Shown here: positions 18,401 through 26,943 of the stretch, piece by piece
Layout of the letters: each line of letters opens with the position of its first letter
Position numbering within the stretch: position 1 is the stretch's first letter
DNA from: Anaerolineae bacterium
GTDB taxonomy: Bacteria; Chloroflexota; Anaerolineae; JAADDB01
Reading direction: 5' to 3'
Assembly (NCBI GenBank): GCA_015486895.1
Contig: WFQT01000188.1
Coordinates: 1 to 40,972 of the forward strand
DNA: 40,972 nt
Position numbers and translations under genes: made by a program
The notes under the pieces: generated by a model
What the model was told of the DNA's origin: nothing
What the model saw: only the letters and a program-made list of their open reading frames with translations
Databases searched by the model: none

Positions 18401-19319
18401 CGCGGGGAATATATGTGCAGTACCCGTAGTACGGAAAGATTGCCCAAAGCGGTCTCCACAGGGACCATACGTGTTGGCCAAGGGAAATGATGTGCCGCTG
18501 CATTCCGGGCCTGGGCAACAATGCGGTATAGTGACAACAGTGACTTCCGGCACGGAGCTCGCTGTCACAGCTCAGAGCGCGGATCGAGAATGGTGGAAAG
18601 TTAAATACACAGGCACCAGTGGATGGATAGCGAAGGGTCATGCGAGCCAGATCCGGGGGGCGGACAAAGAAATTGAGCCTTTGTCACTATCAAAAGTCAG
18701 GATATTGAAGAATACCGATATCTACGACTCGTCTGGCAATGTCGAGCACAAAGTTTACGCGGGCGATTATTTCAGTATTGTCGGTAAGAGCGGGGATGGG
18801 AACTGTTTGCAGGGTAGTCTCGGCGATACTGCCGGAGTTTGGATTGAAAGCAGCGCAGTGGAATACGCCAAAGAAAACGTTTGCGCTGTGCCCGTAGTGC
18901 AAGCAAAGTGTCCTGAACGGCACACATTTGTCCCTCCATGCATAGACAACTATACAATCCTTTTCCCGCGTCCTGGTGCTACTATTAGTGGGAACGTAAC
19001 CATTACGGGGAATATAGCTGTTTCTGGCTTCCAGCAATATAAGGTAGAGTATGTGAAGTTGTCTGACGACGCGAGATTGCGAGTGGAAAGAGAAAATGGG
19101 GTCCCAACTCCAACACCGTTACCGGATGGGAAATGGCATGTAATTGTTAAAGGTGTGAAGGCTCCCGCGCATGCGCATGAGCTGGCTACTTGGGCTACGA
19201 CTTCCGTTCCTGATGGAGTATATGAATTACGTTTAGTCATCGATTATGTCCAGAACGGCCACTGGAAGTATGAGCCCAGGTGTCGCATTCGGGTCAGGGT
19301 GCAGAACAAAAAGCCGTAG
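15402..19319 (+). CDS. Large membrane protein: N-terminal TM helices, helical region, about five SH3b-like domains, C-terminal Ig-like domain
   Basis: TAATG overlap with the pseudokinase stop. Hydrophobic N-terminus; repeated SGPG..WWKV.Y.G..GWI motifs; ILFPRPGATISGNVTITG..YKVEY..LATW.T..VPDGVYELRL terminal domain. Confidence 0.75.
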   Translation: MIDLIFDFLNNLLANWIWDVAGHDLVIAGAISVVLLLLAVARFQEGGSADSKVSALWKILLAQSTKILFFLFGVAWGVLWFETGFVAAGRWVPKLMLLVFALVLVYVVWSFRTENWVWCYAVLMVALFIMFLYPTPASWVHGDLASVYVEVSPRYRETALQNVQIGSELARHHIYSTIKFSWAGAKRQNPVRYLQYIRRNALYDAAVMITDDGEKDSNWHISFDPPINGTDRITVTTHVSMEYVISGYLARLRISHGLDAPSYHDMSTFLELLFPMGKVSGWEGLPDESFKSLDVATRTIPDLSYLILKSAFQTRNWDLLNWKVPTSDLDLESWSKKRVEDSSDKETRKNVKFAKQLLLLGIAIQRRELDSAVELDKNLHDEMTAWGESLPSSLTTKYYILHVKLGLLYIDLSKDRVQIGSDDLKHLMKKGEAYQDERDLLLGQIYLDYSSLIGKGGLADNERMSEAAKRLQSACTEAVHTDSPLSGIEACYWGYDRIPPVLSTVDWMGQAQKIADRYHISLKEAFVENARSSIEAIQAEKKIELPIQLMAFVPSTERSSKEIVLRIKDEYNKDAGTCVLKLQNGIGSHDAIQEYRSDSSCKVTVGTDYHYRWSENKQHSGTITLKPRKYFLYWTPSGGTERKFSLVPLVLDLRPMPIDIHLEFQPQQRFHVVGEPITLTAYFRGSLSSAHASELMNMISTHVKFNAEIRPAAPLHGKCPLETPVPLNTDGSQVVSGRWIPRVGACDAYNVRVKGVSLGHVVYIGTMPLQSQVIKLDNIVPCTMQIADNNVVWIYGGPSAQHYDRIKRPEAGETFKVTGKDAFNERWVRIDLGDGKEGWIYNSPGHVIVHGSLSDVPILDKRPPSNPHVITVRDVILLSGPGERCEKVSKMGPGTDLKIQAQSVDGQWWKVQYKGGTGWIRKDNVGQVQGTTEEIKALWPLDVKIVKETNTYDSYGDYGSKALVGDRFSVTGKSQDGKCLQSYLGDVSGVWIDSSAVEYIAGNICAVPVVRKDCPKRSPQGPYVLAKGNDVPLHSGPGQQCGIVTTVTSGTELAVTAQSADREWWKVKYTGTSGWIAKGHASQIRGADKEIEPLSLSKVRILKNTDIYDSSGNVEHKVYAGDYFSIVGKSGDGNCLQGSLGDTAGVWIESSAVEYAKENVCAVPVVQAKCPERHTFVPPCIDNYTILFPRPGATISGNVTITGNIAVSGFQQYKVEYVKLSDDARLRVERENGVPTPTPLPDGKWHVIVKGVKAPAHAHELATWATTSVPDGVYELRLVIDYVQNGHWKYEPRCRIRVRVQNKKP
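18000..18920 (+). repeat. Intragenic tandem duplication of about 468 nt (two-SH3-like unit, A-B-A-B)
   Basis: GVWIDSSAVEYIAGNICAVPVV vs GVWIESSAVEYAKENVCAVPVV; SGPGERC..WWKVQY vs SGPGQQC..WWKVKY. Confidence 0.85.
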
Positions 19320-19771
19320 CAAGTTGTAGCGGTGATTCTCTGCGAGACGGTGTCGTGGCCAGGGGGGTATCATGAATCTGGCGCTCCACTGCGGAGGAAA
19401 AGAGTGGTAAATTATGGTTCTTGCCAACATTGGGCGAAGCCACTCCTTGGAGAGGTTCGCTTTGTTCACTTCCGGGCGCCAACCAGTCTGACTGCGATCT
19501 CACTGATGCTGACTGGCATTCGGCAGCCCCCAGGTTGCCGGTGGGTTCCTTCTGGTGCGGTATAGTTCACAGCGGATGGCAGTAACAATGCCATTTGGAG
19601 CAGTCTGCGCTTTAGCCGCATCGACGACGCGACGGCGTGGCCTCGAGATGGCAGGTTGCGGACTTTGTTGGAGCGCGACAAGAGTTTTTTTGACGCTCTG
19701 CGGCTCTACGGCCGGTATTTTCAAAGGATTTATCGTTAGTCTATGGCACACTATTGCGGATGAAAATTGAG

Positions 19772-19799
19772 ATCAGCGTGCATCAGCGTTAATCAGCGT
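19772..19799 (+). repeat. Three copies of ATCAGCGT at 10-bp period (REP-like short repeat)
   Basis: gATCAGCGTg cATCAGCGTt aATCAGCGTt. Confidence 0.8.
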
Positions 19800-19833
19800 T
19801 CCATTTTCGAGAGCGAATGGGGGGGGGAACAAC

Positions 19834-20706
19834 ATGTTCAACTGGAAACGGGCTGTCTTGGTATTATCGACATCGTTACTCGCGACTATTCTGCTTTCTG
19901 CTTGTTCTTTTCAGGTGAACGTCTATGTGCATAAAGGGGAGAAATGGAAAGTCGAAGAAAAACTGGCTATGCCGAAGAACTTGGGCAGCCTCGGCCTCCA
20001 GATGGAGGGATTGGGCATCAACTTGCCACTGAACACGGAGTTGCCGCTGACTATGGCTTTCAATCAGATGACGGCTGCTTGTCCGCAACACGGGTGGGAA
20101 TGCAAAGTAGACAAATCCACCAAGAAGGACGGGACAATCTTTCTGTTCACGGCGCAAGGTCAGGGCTATGATTCTTTGCAGACATTCCTTAATTCCGCGG
20201 GAACTTCTTTTGGGCAGCAGTTCCAGGGAAAAAGCGGAAACATCGCGATCCCTTCGCTCACCGTTCGGGAAGAGAACGGCGGGGTGCACATTGCTGATGC
20301 TTCCGTTGGCGCCCAGCCGTTGACTGCAGAATCGAAAGCGTTGATTGGCTCACTGTTTCCGGTAAAAGTTCGCATTCACGGCCGGAAGATCATTGGTAGC
20401 AATGCCGATGAAGTCCAAGGAGGCACAGCTATCTGGAATTCGGCACGTCCGATAGATGTGACCTTGGTCCCCGGCGGTGCCACATCCTTGCCTGCCATGC
20501 TGGGGTTGGCGCTTGCCGGAGTTGTAATTGTATTTGGCCTCGTAGTGGCTGCCATAAAGCTGTTGCCCTCCAAATTCTCTTTTGGCAAGGTACACAACGT
20601 ACCTCCCGAATGGGGCAGTGACACATGGGGAAACGAGGGCGAGCCGGACTACGGGGAATCTGCCTCTTTTGACGAGTACGGAGATGATGCAGATGAGTGG
20701 TCTTAA
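19834..20706 (+). CDS. Lipoprotein, LppM-like, with C-terminal TM and acidic cytoplasmic tail
   Basis: Signal peptide with lipobox LLSAC; VRIHGRKIIGSNADEVQGGTAIW resembles the LppM-type C-terminal motif; TM MLGLALAGVVIVFGLVVAAI; tail rich in D/E/W/Y. Confidence 0.7.
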   Translation: MFNWKRAVLVLSTSLLATILLSACSFQVNVYVHKGEKWKVEEKLAMPKNLGSLGLQMEGLGINLPLNTELPLTMAFNQMTAACPQHGWECKVDKSTKKDGTIFLFTAQGQGYDSLQTFLNSAGTSFGQQFQGKSGNIAIPSLTVREENGGVHIADASVGAQPLTAESKALIGSLFPVKVRIHGRKIIGSNADEVQGGTAIWNSARPIDVTLVPGGATSLPAMLGLALAGVVIVFGLVVAAIKLLPSKFSFGKVHNVPPEWGSDTWGNEGEPDYGESASFDEYGDDADEWS

Positions 20707-20750
20707 CGTTGAATTGCGGTATAGTTAGGGTTGAGAGCGGGGAAAAGCAA

Positions 20751-22973
20751 ATGACGGACCAGGATATTCCGTTGCTTCATGATGATAAAACGCGGCTTCG
20801 CTCAGAGCGAGGTTCCTCGCGCTCGCGAGCCGGTGAAAATCCTGACGAACTTAAAACGCGGTTGAAACCGGATGGGCGATTGGCGGAAAGCGGCGCAGAT
20901 AACGGTCTTGTGGTAGCCGGTTATACCACTATACGTCGTATCGGGGCGGGGGGATTCAGCACTGTCTATCAGGCTCGCGATGCCGCAGGCCGTGACGTAG
21001 CGATAAAAGTTTTGAACGAGAACTTTGCCCATTCTGAAGATATTTTAGAACGTTTTCGACGGGCTGCAACGATTGTGGAGAAGTTTGATCATCCTAATAT
21101 AGTGCATGTGTTGGGACTGGTTGACGCCGGCGGCCGGCCGGGGCTGGTCATGGAGTTTGTCCAAGGGAGAACCTTGGAAGAGGTCGTACAAGAAGAAAAC
21201 GGACTGCCCGTGGATCAATCCATTAGCATTGCCGCTCAAATGTGTGATGCTTTGGCTTATGCGCACAAACGGGGTGTGATTCATCGTGATGTCAAACCGT
21301 CGAATATCCTTTTGCTACCTAAGAATGATCACGCACAAGAGGGCTGGATCGCCAAGCTGACGGACTTTGACATTGCCAAGATTGTCACCGAGACTGGATT
21401 CACTCATTCCGGGACACAAATGGGGACGCCGTACTTTGTAGCCCCGGAACAGTGGCAAGGAAAACATGACATTGATGGCCGGGCTGATGTTTTCAGCTTA
21501 GGCGTCGTCTTGTACTACATGCTTACAGGTACCGTGCCTCAAGGGCGCTTTGGCCACCCTTCTGATACCAACCCGGACATACCCCGCCGGATTGGAAGTG
21601 TTATCCTGAAAGCCGTTGCCCTAAACAGGGACATTCGTTATCCGGATATGGTTGCTCTAAAGAAAGCGTTAGTGGGCGACAGGGTAACGAAAGCTTCTCA
21701 AGATATTCCATTTGAGTTCCGTTTGGGAGTACAAGCACATAGTTTGGACGAATTGGTTGACCAGTGTGATGCAGACTGGGCTACAGGACTGCAGCATCTT
21801 GAGGATGGCGACATTCTTATCTGGCTGGAACGTGTCAGTCCGGATCTTGTGCCATGTGTACAAAGTGCTATAGCTGGGACGGGAAATCGTGATGAGGCAT
21901 TGGAAAAGACGTTGCACTGCATAGATCCGTTTCTGCCGTGGCCAGTGCTGGAAACAGATCCGTTTTCGCTAAATTTTGAGGAACTGGCCCCCGGCGAGCA
22001 GCAAACAAGAACGATAACGATTCACAATCCCAGTCGCGGCTATTTGTTAGGGCAGATTGCTGAAACGCCTGAATGGATAACCGTGGGGTCAGAGGTGTTC
22101 AGGTGTTTGGCAGGGGAGAGCCGGACGATAAGTATTCAGGTGCAGGTACCGGAAAAGGCCCAATCACAGGCTATGAATGGGGCGTTGCGATTGGAGTCTA
22201 ACGGCGGGAATGCCAGTATCCCTGTTTCTGTGACTGTCGGGCGGCGACTCTTGCTTCGGCCTGACTACTCCGTGGGCTCGTTGGAAGAGTTATGTGATAG
22301 TGCTCAGCATGATTGGTACCAGATTCGTGCATTGTTATACAACGGCACGTTAGCTGACTGGTTGCGTCAGAGTTTACTTCTCTTCAGTCTGGCGAATGCG
22401 GCCAAAGACGTCGTGTCCCGGGAACAGGATCGTGATGCCGGTCTTTTCGGTTTCTTGGCGGACAATTGTCCAGATCCCAAGCGATGCTTGCCGCCAAGAT
22501 TAGTCACCCGGTCGACTCGCGTGGGTTTCGGTAAAGGCATTCGTCAGCTAGACCCTGTTCGGGTAACTATCCGAAATATTGGCGGCGGCGATTTGCGGAG
22601 TTTGAAGATCGTTGGTCGGCCAAATTGGGCAAAAGTGAGAATAGCCAAAGCAGGTCAGCGACGTGTACTCGTTGAACTGGCCGGGGAAAGGCGTAAAGCC
22701 AACAGTAGCGTTTCGGTAGGTGTTGTGAAGTTCTCTTTGCCTGATGATAATCCAGTGCCTAAATGGGGCAGTGTCAAGATAGGAATCACCATGGAAGTTC
22801 CGCTTGTGTTAAGGCTCTTTGAACAAATTATCTCTTGGCGGGTGTTGGTTGCCGGTCTTCTGATCGGGACTGCTGGAGTGATTTTGGCCCACTTTGTTGG
22901 CTGGCAATGGGTGTTACTGGTGGTTGTTGTCAGTGTGGTCAGCTTTGCAATAGTGTTCTATTCGTTTTCATAG
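20751..22973 (+). CDS. Atypical Ser/Thr kinase (DFD, alphaC Glu->Ala) with two helical+Ig-like modules and a C-terminal TM pair
   Basis: GAGGFSTV, VAIK, RFRRAA, HRDVKPSN, LTDFDIAK, FVAPE, DVFSLG; repeated LxEL..W..L..G.I/L..WL..RD.[AG]L module followed by T.TI.N...G.L beta-sandwich. Confidence 0.88.
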   Translation: MTDQDIPLLHDDKTRLRSERGSSRSRAGENPDELKTRLKPDGRLAESGADNGLVVAGYTTIRRIGAGGFSTVYQARDAAGRDVAIKVLNENFAHSEDILERFRRAATIVEKFDHPNIVHVLGLVDAGGRPGLVMEFVQGRTLEEVVQEENGLPVDQSISIAAQMCDALAYAHKRGVIHRDVKPSNILLLPKNDHAQEGWIAKLTDFDIAKIVTETGFTHSGTQMGTPYFVAPEQWQGKHDIDGRADVFSLGVVLYYMLTGTVPQGRFGHPSDTNPDIPRRIGSVILKAVALNRDIRYPDMVALKKALVGDRVTKASQDIPFEFRLGVQAHSLDELVDQCDADWATGLQHLEDGDILIWLERVSPDLVPCVQSAIAGTGNRDEALEKTLHCIDPFLPWPVLETDPFSLNFEELAPGEQQTRTITIHNPSRGYLLGQIAETPEWITVGSEVFRCLAGESRTISIQVQVPEKAQSQAMNGALRLESNGGNASIPVSVTVGRRLLLRPDYSVGSLEELCDSAQHDWYQIRALLYNGTLADWLRQSLLLFSLANAAKDVVSREQDRDAGLFGFLADNCPDPKRCLPPRLVTRSTRVGFGKGIRQLDPVRVTIRNIGGGDLRSLKIVGRPNWAKVRIAKAGQRRVLVELAGERRKANSSVSVGVVKFSLPDDNPVPKWGSVKIGITMEVPLVLRLFEQIISWRVLVAGLLIGTAGVILAHFVGWQWVLLVVVVSVVSFAIVFYSFS

Positions 22974-22996
22974 TTTCCATAATGGAGGCACTAACA

Positions 22997-23263
22997 ATGA
23001 TAAACGAGGAGAAACTGTTGACGGATATTTTTGTTGGTGTGGTTGCTGGGTTAACAATAAGCTTTATCACTTGGCTTCTGCAAGGTACTATCCATTTAGT
23101 GGCAAAACACCCCTGGTTAATTCTGATTTCTGGAGTTGTCGTTGCGGTAATTACTGTTCTTGGTATTTTCTACTACCGCTACGTATCAGAACCAATTGTT
23201 TCCTCGCCAGTAGAGACCTTTGAGGATAATCTCAGCGGAGAAGATGAAAAGGATTATATTTGA
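22997..23263 (+). CDS. Small (88 aa) two-TM membrane protein with acidic tail
   Basis: GGAGG RBS before ATG22997; two hydrophobic helices; fills the gap between the paralogous kinases. Confidence 0.65.
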   Translation: MINEEKLLTDIFVGVVAGLTISFITWLLQGTIHLVAKHPWLILISGVVVAVITVLGIFYYRYVSEPIVSSPVETFEDNLSGEDEKDYI

Positions 23264-23303
23264 TTGTAGAGGAAAGTATAGTTTTGCTTGAGAAAGGAGA
23301 GAG

Positions 23304-25505
23304 TTGGTGATGGACCAAAATATTCCATTGCTCCACGATGATAAAACTAAACTTCGCAAAGAGCAAGATCAGTCGCGCTCACAGGCAGGTCAAAGTTCTG
23401 AAGAGCTTAAAACGCGGTTAAAACAAGACGGGCAGCCGGCGGAAAGCAGTGCAGACAATGGTCTTGTGGTAGCCAGTTATACCACTTTACGCCGTATTGG
23501 CGAGGGGGGCTTCAGCACTGTTTACCAGGCTCGCGATGCCGCAGGCCATGATGTAGCGATAAAGGTGTTGAATGAGAATTTTGTCGATTCCAGAGAGATT
23601 TTAGAGCGCTTTCGGCGAGCTGCAGCTATTGTAGAGAAATTCGACCATCCTAACATTGTGCATGTGTTGGGACTGGTTGATGTTGGCGGCCGGCCGGGGC
23701 TGGTCATGGAATTTGTTCAGGGCAAGACTTTAGAACAAGTGATTCAAGAAAAGAGTGCGTTAGGTGTAGACCAAGCCGTCAACATTGCCGTGCAAATGTG
23801 CGATGCTTTGGCTTATGCTCACGAAAGGGGTGTGATCCATCGCGATGTCAAACCATCCAATATTCTCTTGCTGCCCAAAGGAAGCGATAGCCAAGAGAAA
23901 TGGGTTGCCAAGCTGACTGACTTTGATATTGCCAAAATCGTCACCGAAACCGGATTTACACGTTCTCGCATCCAGATGGGGACGCCGTATTTCGTAGCTC
24001 CGGAGCAGTGGCAAGGCAAACATGACATCGATGGCCGGGCCGATGTGTTTAGCTTGGGGGTGGTCCTGTACTACATGCTCACGGGCACAGTGCCTCAAGG
24101 GCGCTTTGGTCACCCTTCAGACACAAATCCTGGCATACCCCGTAGGGTCGGTAGCGTTATCCTGAAAGCTGTAGCTCTCAATAGGGACATTCGTTATCCC
24201 GACATGGCTGAGTTGAAGAAAGCATTAGTCGGAGACAAAATGACGAAGGCTACTCGGGACATTCCATTCGAGTTTCAATCTGGGCCGCCAGCGCACAGCA
24301 TATACGATCTGGTTGAGCGATGCGACTCTGATTGGGCGACAGGACTGCAGCATCTCAAGGATGGTGATATTCTCATTTGGCTCAAGCGCGTAAAGCCAGA
24401 ACTTGTGCCATGTGTGCAGAAGGCAGTGGCTACAAAGGGGAACCGTGATGAAGGCTTGGAGGAGGCCTTGCACTGCATGGATCCGGCGCTTCCGTGGCCT
24501 GTGCTGGAAACAGAGCCTCTTTCGGTGAGCTTCGGGGAGTTAGCACCTGGCGAGCGCAGATCAAAAACGATAACGATTCATAACCCTAGCCGAGGTTTCT
24601 TATCCGGTAAAGTGGGCAAAATGCCGGAATGGCTCCAAGTCAAAGGCAAGGTGTTTCATTGCCATACCGGGGGCAGTCAAAAGTTAGTTTTAGTAGCGAA
24701 GGCACCGTCAAAGCCGTCGTTCGGGCCTGTAGAGGGAGAGTTACGAATTGAATCTAACGGCGGCAAAGCGACTATTCCTCTTTCTATGACAGTCGCTAAC
24801 CGGCTATTGATCCGATCTGACTTTTCTGTCAGTACGTTGTTAGAGCTCTGTCATGTTGCTCGTCAGGAGTGGATCCGCATTAGGAGGCTATTATATGATG
24901 GCTCCATAAGCGACTGGCTACGGGAAAGCCGCCTGCACTTCAAGATAGCAAATGAGGCGAAAAAGATCATGACGACCGAGGATGATCGCGACGCAGGCCT
25001 CTTCCACTTTCTACAGGAACATTGTCCTCAACCGGAATCTTGTTTGCCGGCAAAGCTAGACACCAAAACATCCACCGTCGATCTCGGTAAAGGGCGCGGC
25101 AAACTGCCGCCTGTGCGCATCAGAGTCAGAAATACGGGCGGGAACACGTTGCAGAATTTGGCAGTTAGCGATCGGTCTCCTTGGATACGGGCCGACATCA
25201 TCAAAACCGGCGACCATCAGGCCATTGTCGAAGTTCTTGGCAGTGGACGTCACCTTAGCCCCGGAGTACGACAAGGTTTTGTCAAGCTTTCCGTCCCCGA
25301 TTCTCCTGTGCCTGCCTGGGGGAATACGACCATCGATGTAAACATGGAAGTTCTTCCGTCGTTTCCCAAGTGGTTGGTATTTGTCATCATCTTGTTGGCG
25401 GTGGCAGGTGTAGCTATGGGGTTTGTTATTGACTGGCGAATTTCGCTTAGCATCACTGGCGCACTTATTGTCAGTGTGTTAACTGTCTTCTCGCTTTTGT
25501 CGTAA
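23304..25505 (+). CDS. Tandem paralog of the 20751 kinase (start may be 23307 or 23310)
   Basis: Long identical peptide stretches with the 20751 gene (e.g. QMGTPYFVAPEQWQGKHDIDGRADVFSLGVVLYYMLTGTVPQGRFGHPSDTNP); same DFD and RFRRAA; AAGGAG RBS. Confidence 0.9.
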   Translation: MVMDQNIPLLHDDKTKLRKEQDQSRSQAGQSSEELKTRLKQDGQPAESSADNGLVVASYTTLRRIGEGGFSTVYQARDAAGHDVAIKVLNENFVDSREILERFRRAAAIVEKFDHPNIVHVLGLVDVGGRPGLVMEFVQGKTLEQVIQEKSALGVDQAVNIAVQMCDALAYAHERGVIHRDVKPSNILLLPKGSDSQEKWVAKLTDFDIAKIVTETGFTRSRIQMGTPYFVAPEQWQGKHDIDGRADVFSLGVVLYYMLTGTVPQGRFGHPSDTNPGIPRRVGSVILKAVALNRDIRYPDMAELKKALVGDKMTKATRDIPFEFQSGPPAHSIYDLVERCDSDWATGLQHLKDGDILIWLKRVKPELVPCVQKAVATKGNRDEGLEEALHCMDPALPWPVLETEPLSVSFGELAPGERRSKTITIHNPSRGFLSGKVGKMPEWLQVKGKVFHCHTGGSQKLVLVAKAPSKPSFGPVEGELRIESNGGKATIPLSMTVANRLLIRSDFSVSTLLELCHVARQEWIRIRRLLYDGSISDWLRESRLHFKIANEAKKIMTTEDDRDAGLFHFLQEHCPQPESCLPAKLDTKTSTVDLGKGRGKLPPVRIRVRNTGGNTLQNLAVSDRSPWIRADIIKTGDHQAIVEVLGSGRHLSPGVRQGFVKLSVPDSPVPAWGNTTIDVNMEVLPSFPKWLVFVIILLAVAGVAMGFVIDWRISLSITGALIVSVLTVFSLLS

Positions 25506-25761
25506 GGTATTATTGCGGTGGACTTGTTCTCTTGTGCCGAGTACCCAAAGACAGGGTTTCTCAGGCCGATTGCTAAGTTAGAGAGTGCAGCCCCCGGGGA
25601 GTGCGACAGGGGCGTTCTTGGGCTCTTTGCATCTTCATGGTTCTGTTTCAGAGATATGCAGAAAGAGGAAGCTTGTTCGCTGTCTACGGAAATAGCGGAA
25701 TGCAGGTTCTGCTTTTATCGTCTAAAGAAGCAGTTGTTATGAAACAATACGGAGCACAGCG

Positions 25762-26892
25762 GTGGAAAAACAGAATGACTCGGCAAAAAAAGAAATTGAT
25801 GAACGCAATACTGCAGCGGACGGAGAACAGGAAAGGGAAGCGAGTGGGGAAATGCCCGAACAGCAACCGGAAGCGGTCGGGAAAAGTTCTGCAGACGGAT
25901 TGACTCAACCGGCCGACGAAGAGACAATAGCTTCGGGCGAAGAAGAATTCGACGCTTTGCTCACGACACCACCACAAATTTCCCCTGAGTGGGGGAAAAT
26001 AGTACGTTCGTTGCTGCTATTTTGGGCTAACGGCGCTCTTTTGGCTATTGTCACGGTCTATTTGTTAGAACAATATGCATCGCGACCTTTTGCCATCCAC
26101 ATTAATTATTCCATCTTAGCGTTAGAGGTTATTTCTGTTCTCGTTCTTGGCTTTATGGTGGGTAGCGCTTGGGGCGGCCCCGGAAGGTTCTCTTTGCTGG
26201 GACTATTCTTGGGATCGATGGTTACTATTCCGGTGGTAAGCTACCTCTTTTTGTTGACGCTGTCACAATTTAAGCATTTGTACGTTTCCGGTCAGGAAGA
26301 CTTAAGCTACATCGTTATTGTCGCAATCTGGATAGTTGTTTTTGGCCTAATTGGCGCTTTGTGGTTGCCGGTAAAGTCACGACGCAGTGCGTTGTTGGCG
26401 CTCCTTCTCATCTTCTTGGCGGCTCTAACCGTCGGTTGGTTTTTCTCTCGAGGTGATTTACAGTTTGCAGCGACAAAGTATCGTATGCTAGACCGAAACG
26501 TACCGGTTCCCTATGCAAATATTTCCTGGACTCCATCGGTGCCCACTCCAACATCGACACCGACCTTCACACCAACGGCTACATGGACACCATCACCTCC
26601 CGTCACAACAATTCCTGCTACCAAATCCGTTTCGCCAAAGGCGGTATTACCTGCGGCCCCGGTTATTATCCAGGTCGGTGGGCACGTGCGGATTGTCAAT
26701 ACTGGCGGCAAGCGGTTGCGCATCAGGGAGAAGCCGAGCACAAGTGCGAAGATATTGTTAGCGGTGGAAGAGGGAAAAACGTTACTCGTTTCCGGTGGGC
26801 CTGTGAATGCTGATGGTTATACCTGGTGGCAAGTGAAACAAGGTTCCATCGTTGGTTGGGCCGCCCAAGACTGGCTCAAGCCGGTGCGATAA
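25762..26892 (+). CDS. Polytopic membrane protein with acidic N-terminus, Pro/Thr linker and C-terminal SH3b domain
   Basis: About five hydrophobic helices; TPTSTPTFTPT; LRIREKPSTSAKIL..GGPVNADGYTWWQV..GWAAQDWL. Confidence 0.8.
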   Translation: MEKQNDSAKKEIDERNTAADGEQEREASGEMPEQQPEAVGKSSADGLTQPADEETIASGEEEFDALLTTPPQISPEWGKIVRSLLLFWANGALLAIVTVYLLEQYASRPFAIHINYSILALEVISVLVLGFMVGSAWGGPGRFSLLGLFLGSMVTIPVVSYLFLLTLSQFKHLYVSGQEDLSYIVIVAIWIVVFGLIGALWLPVKSRRSALLALLLIFLAALTVGWFFSRGDLQFAATKYRMLDRNVPVPYANISWTPSVPTPTSTPTFTPTATWTPSPPVTTIPATKSVSPKAVLPAAPVIIQVGGHVRIVNTGGKRLRIREKPSTSAKILLAVEEGKTLLVSGGPVNADGYTWWQVKQGSIVGWAAQDWLKPVR

Positions 26893-26943
26893 TCAGACCA
26901 GGATCACAGACAGAGATACAAGCAATTTGAGCGGGGAGCGAAG

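Noticed and set aside
19466-19681. Minus-strand ORF containing VNYTAPE, resembling kinase subdomain VIII
   Set aside because: No HRD, DFG or DxxSLG in a consistent frame. It could be a decayed kinase remnant, but a 7-residue match is not enough.
25518-25977. Short overlapping ORFs between the 23304 kinase and the 25762 gene
   Set aside because: No motifs, and the longer ones overlap the better-supported 25762 CDS.
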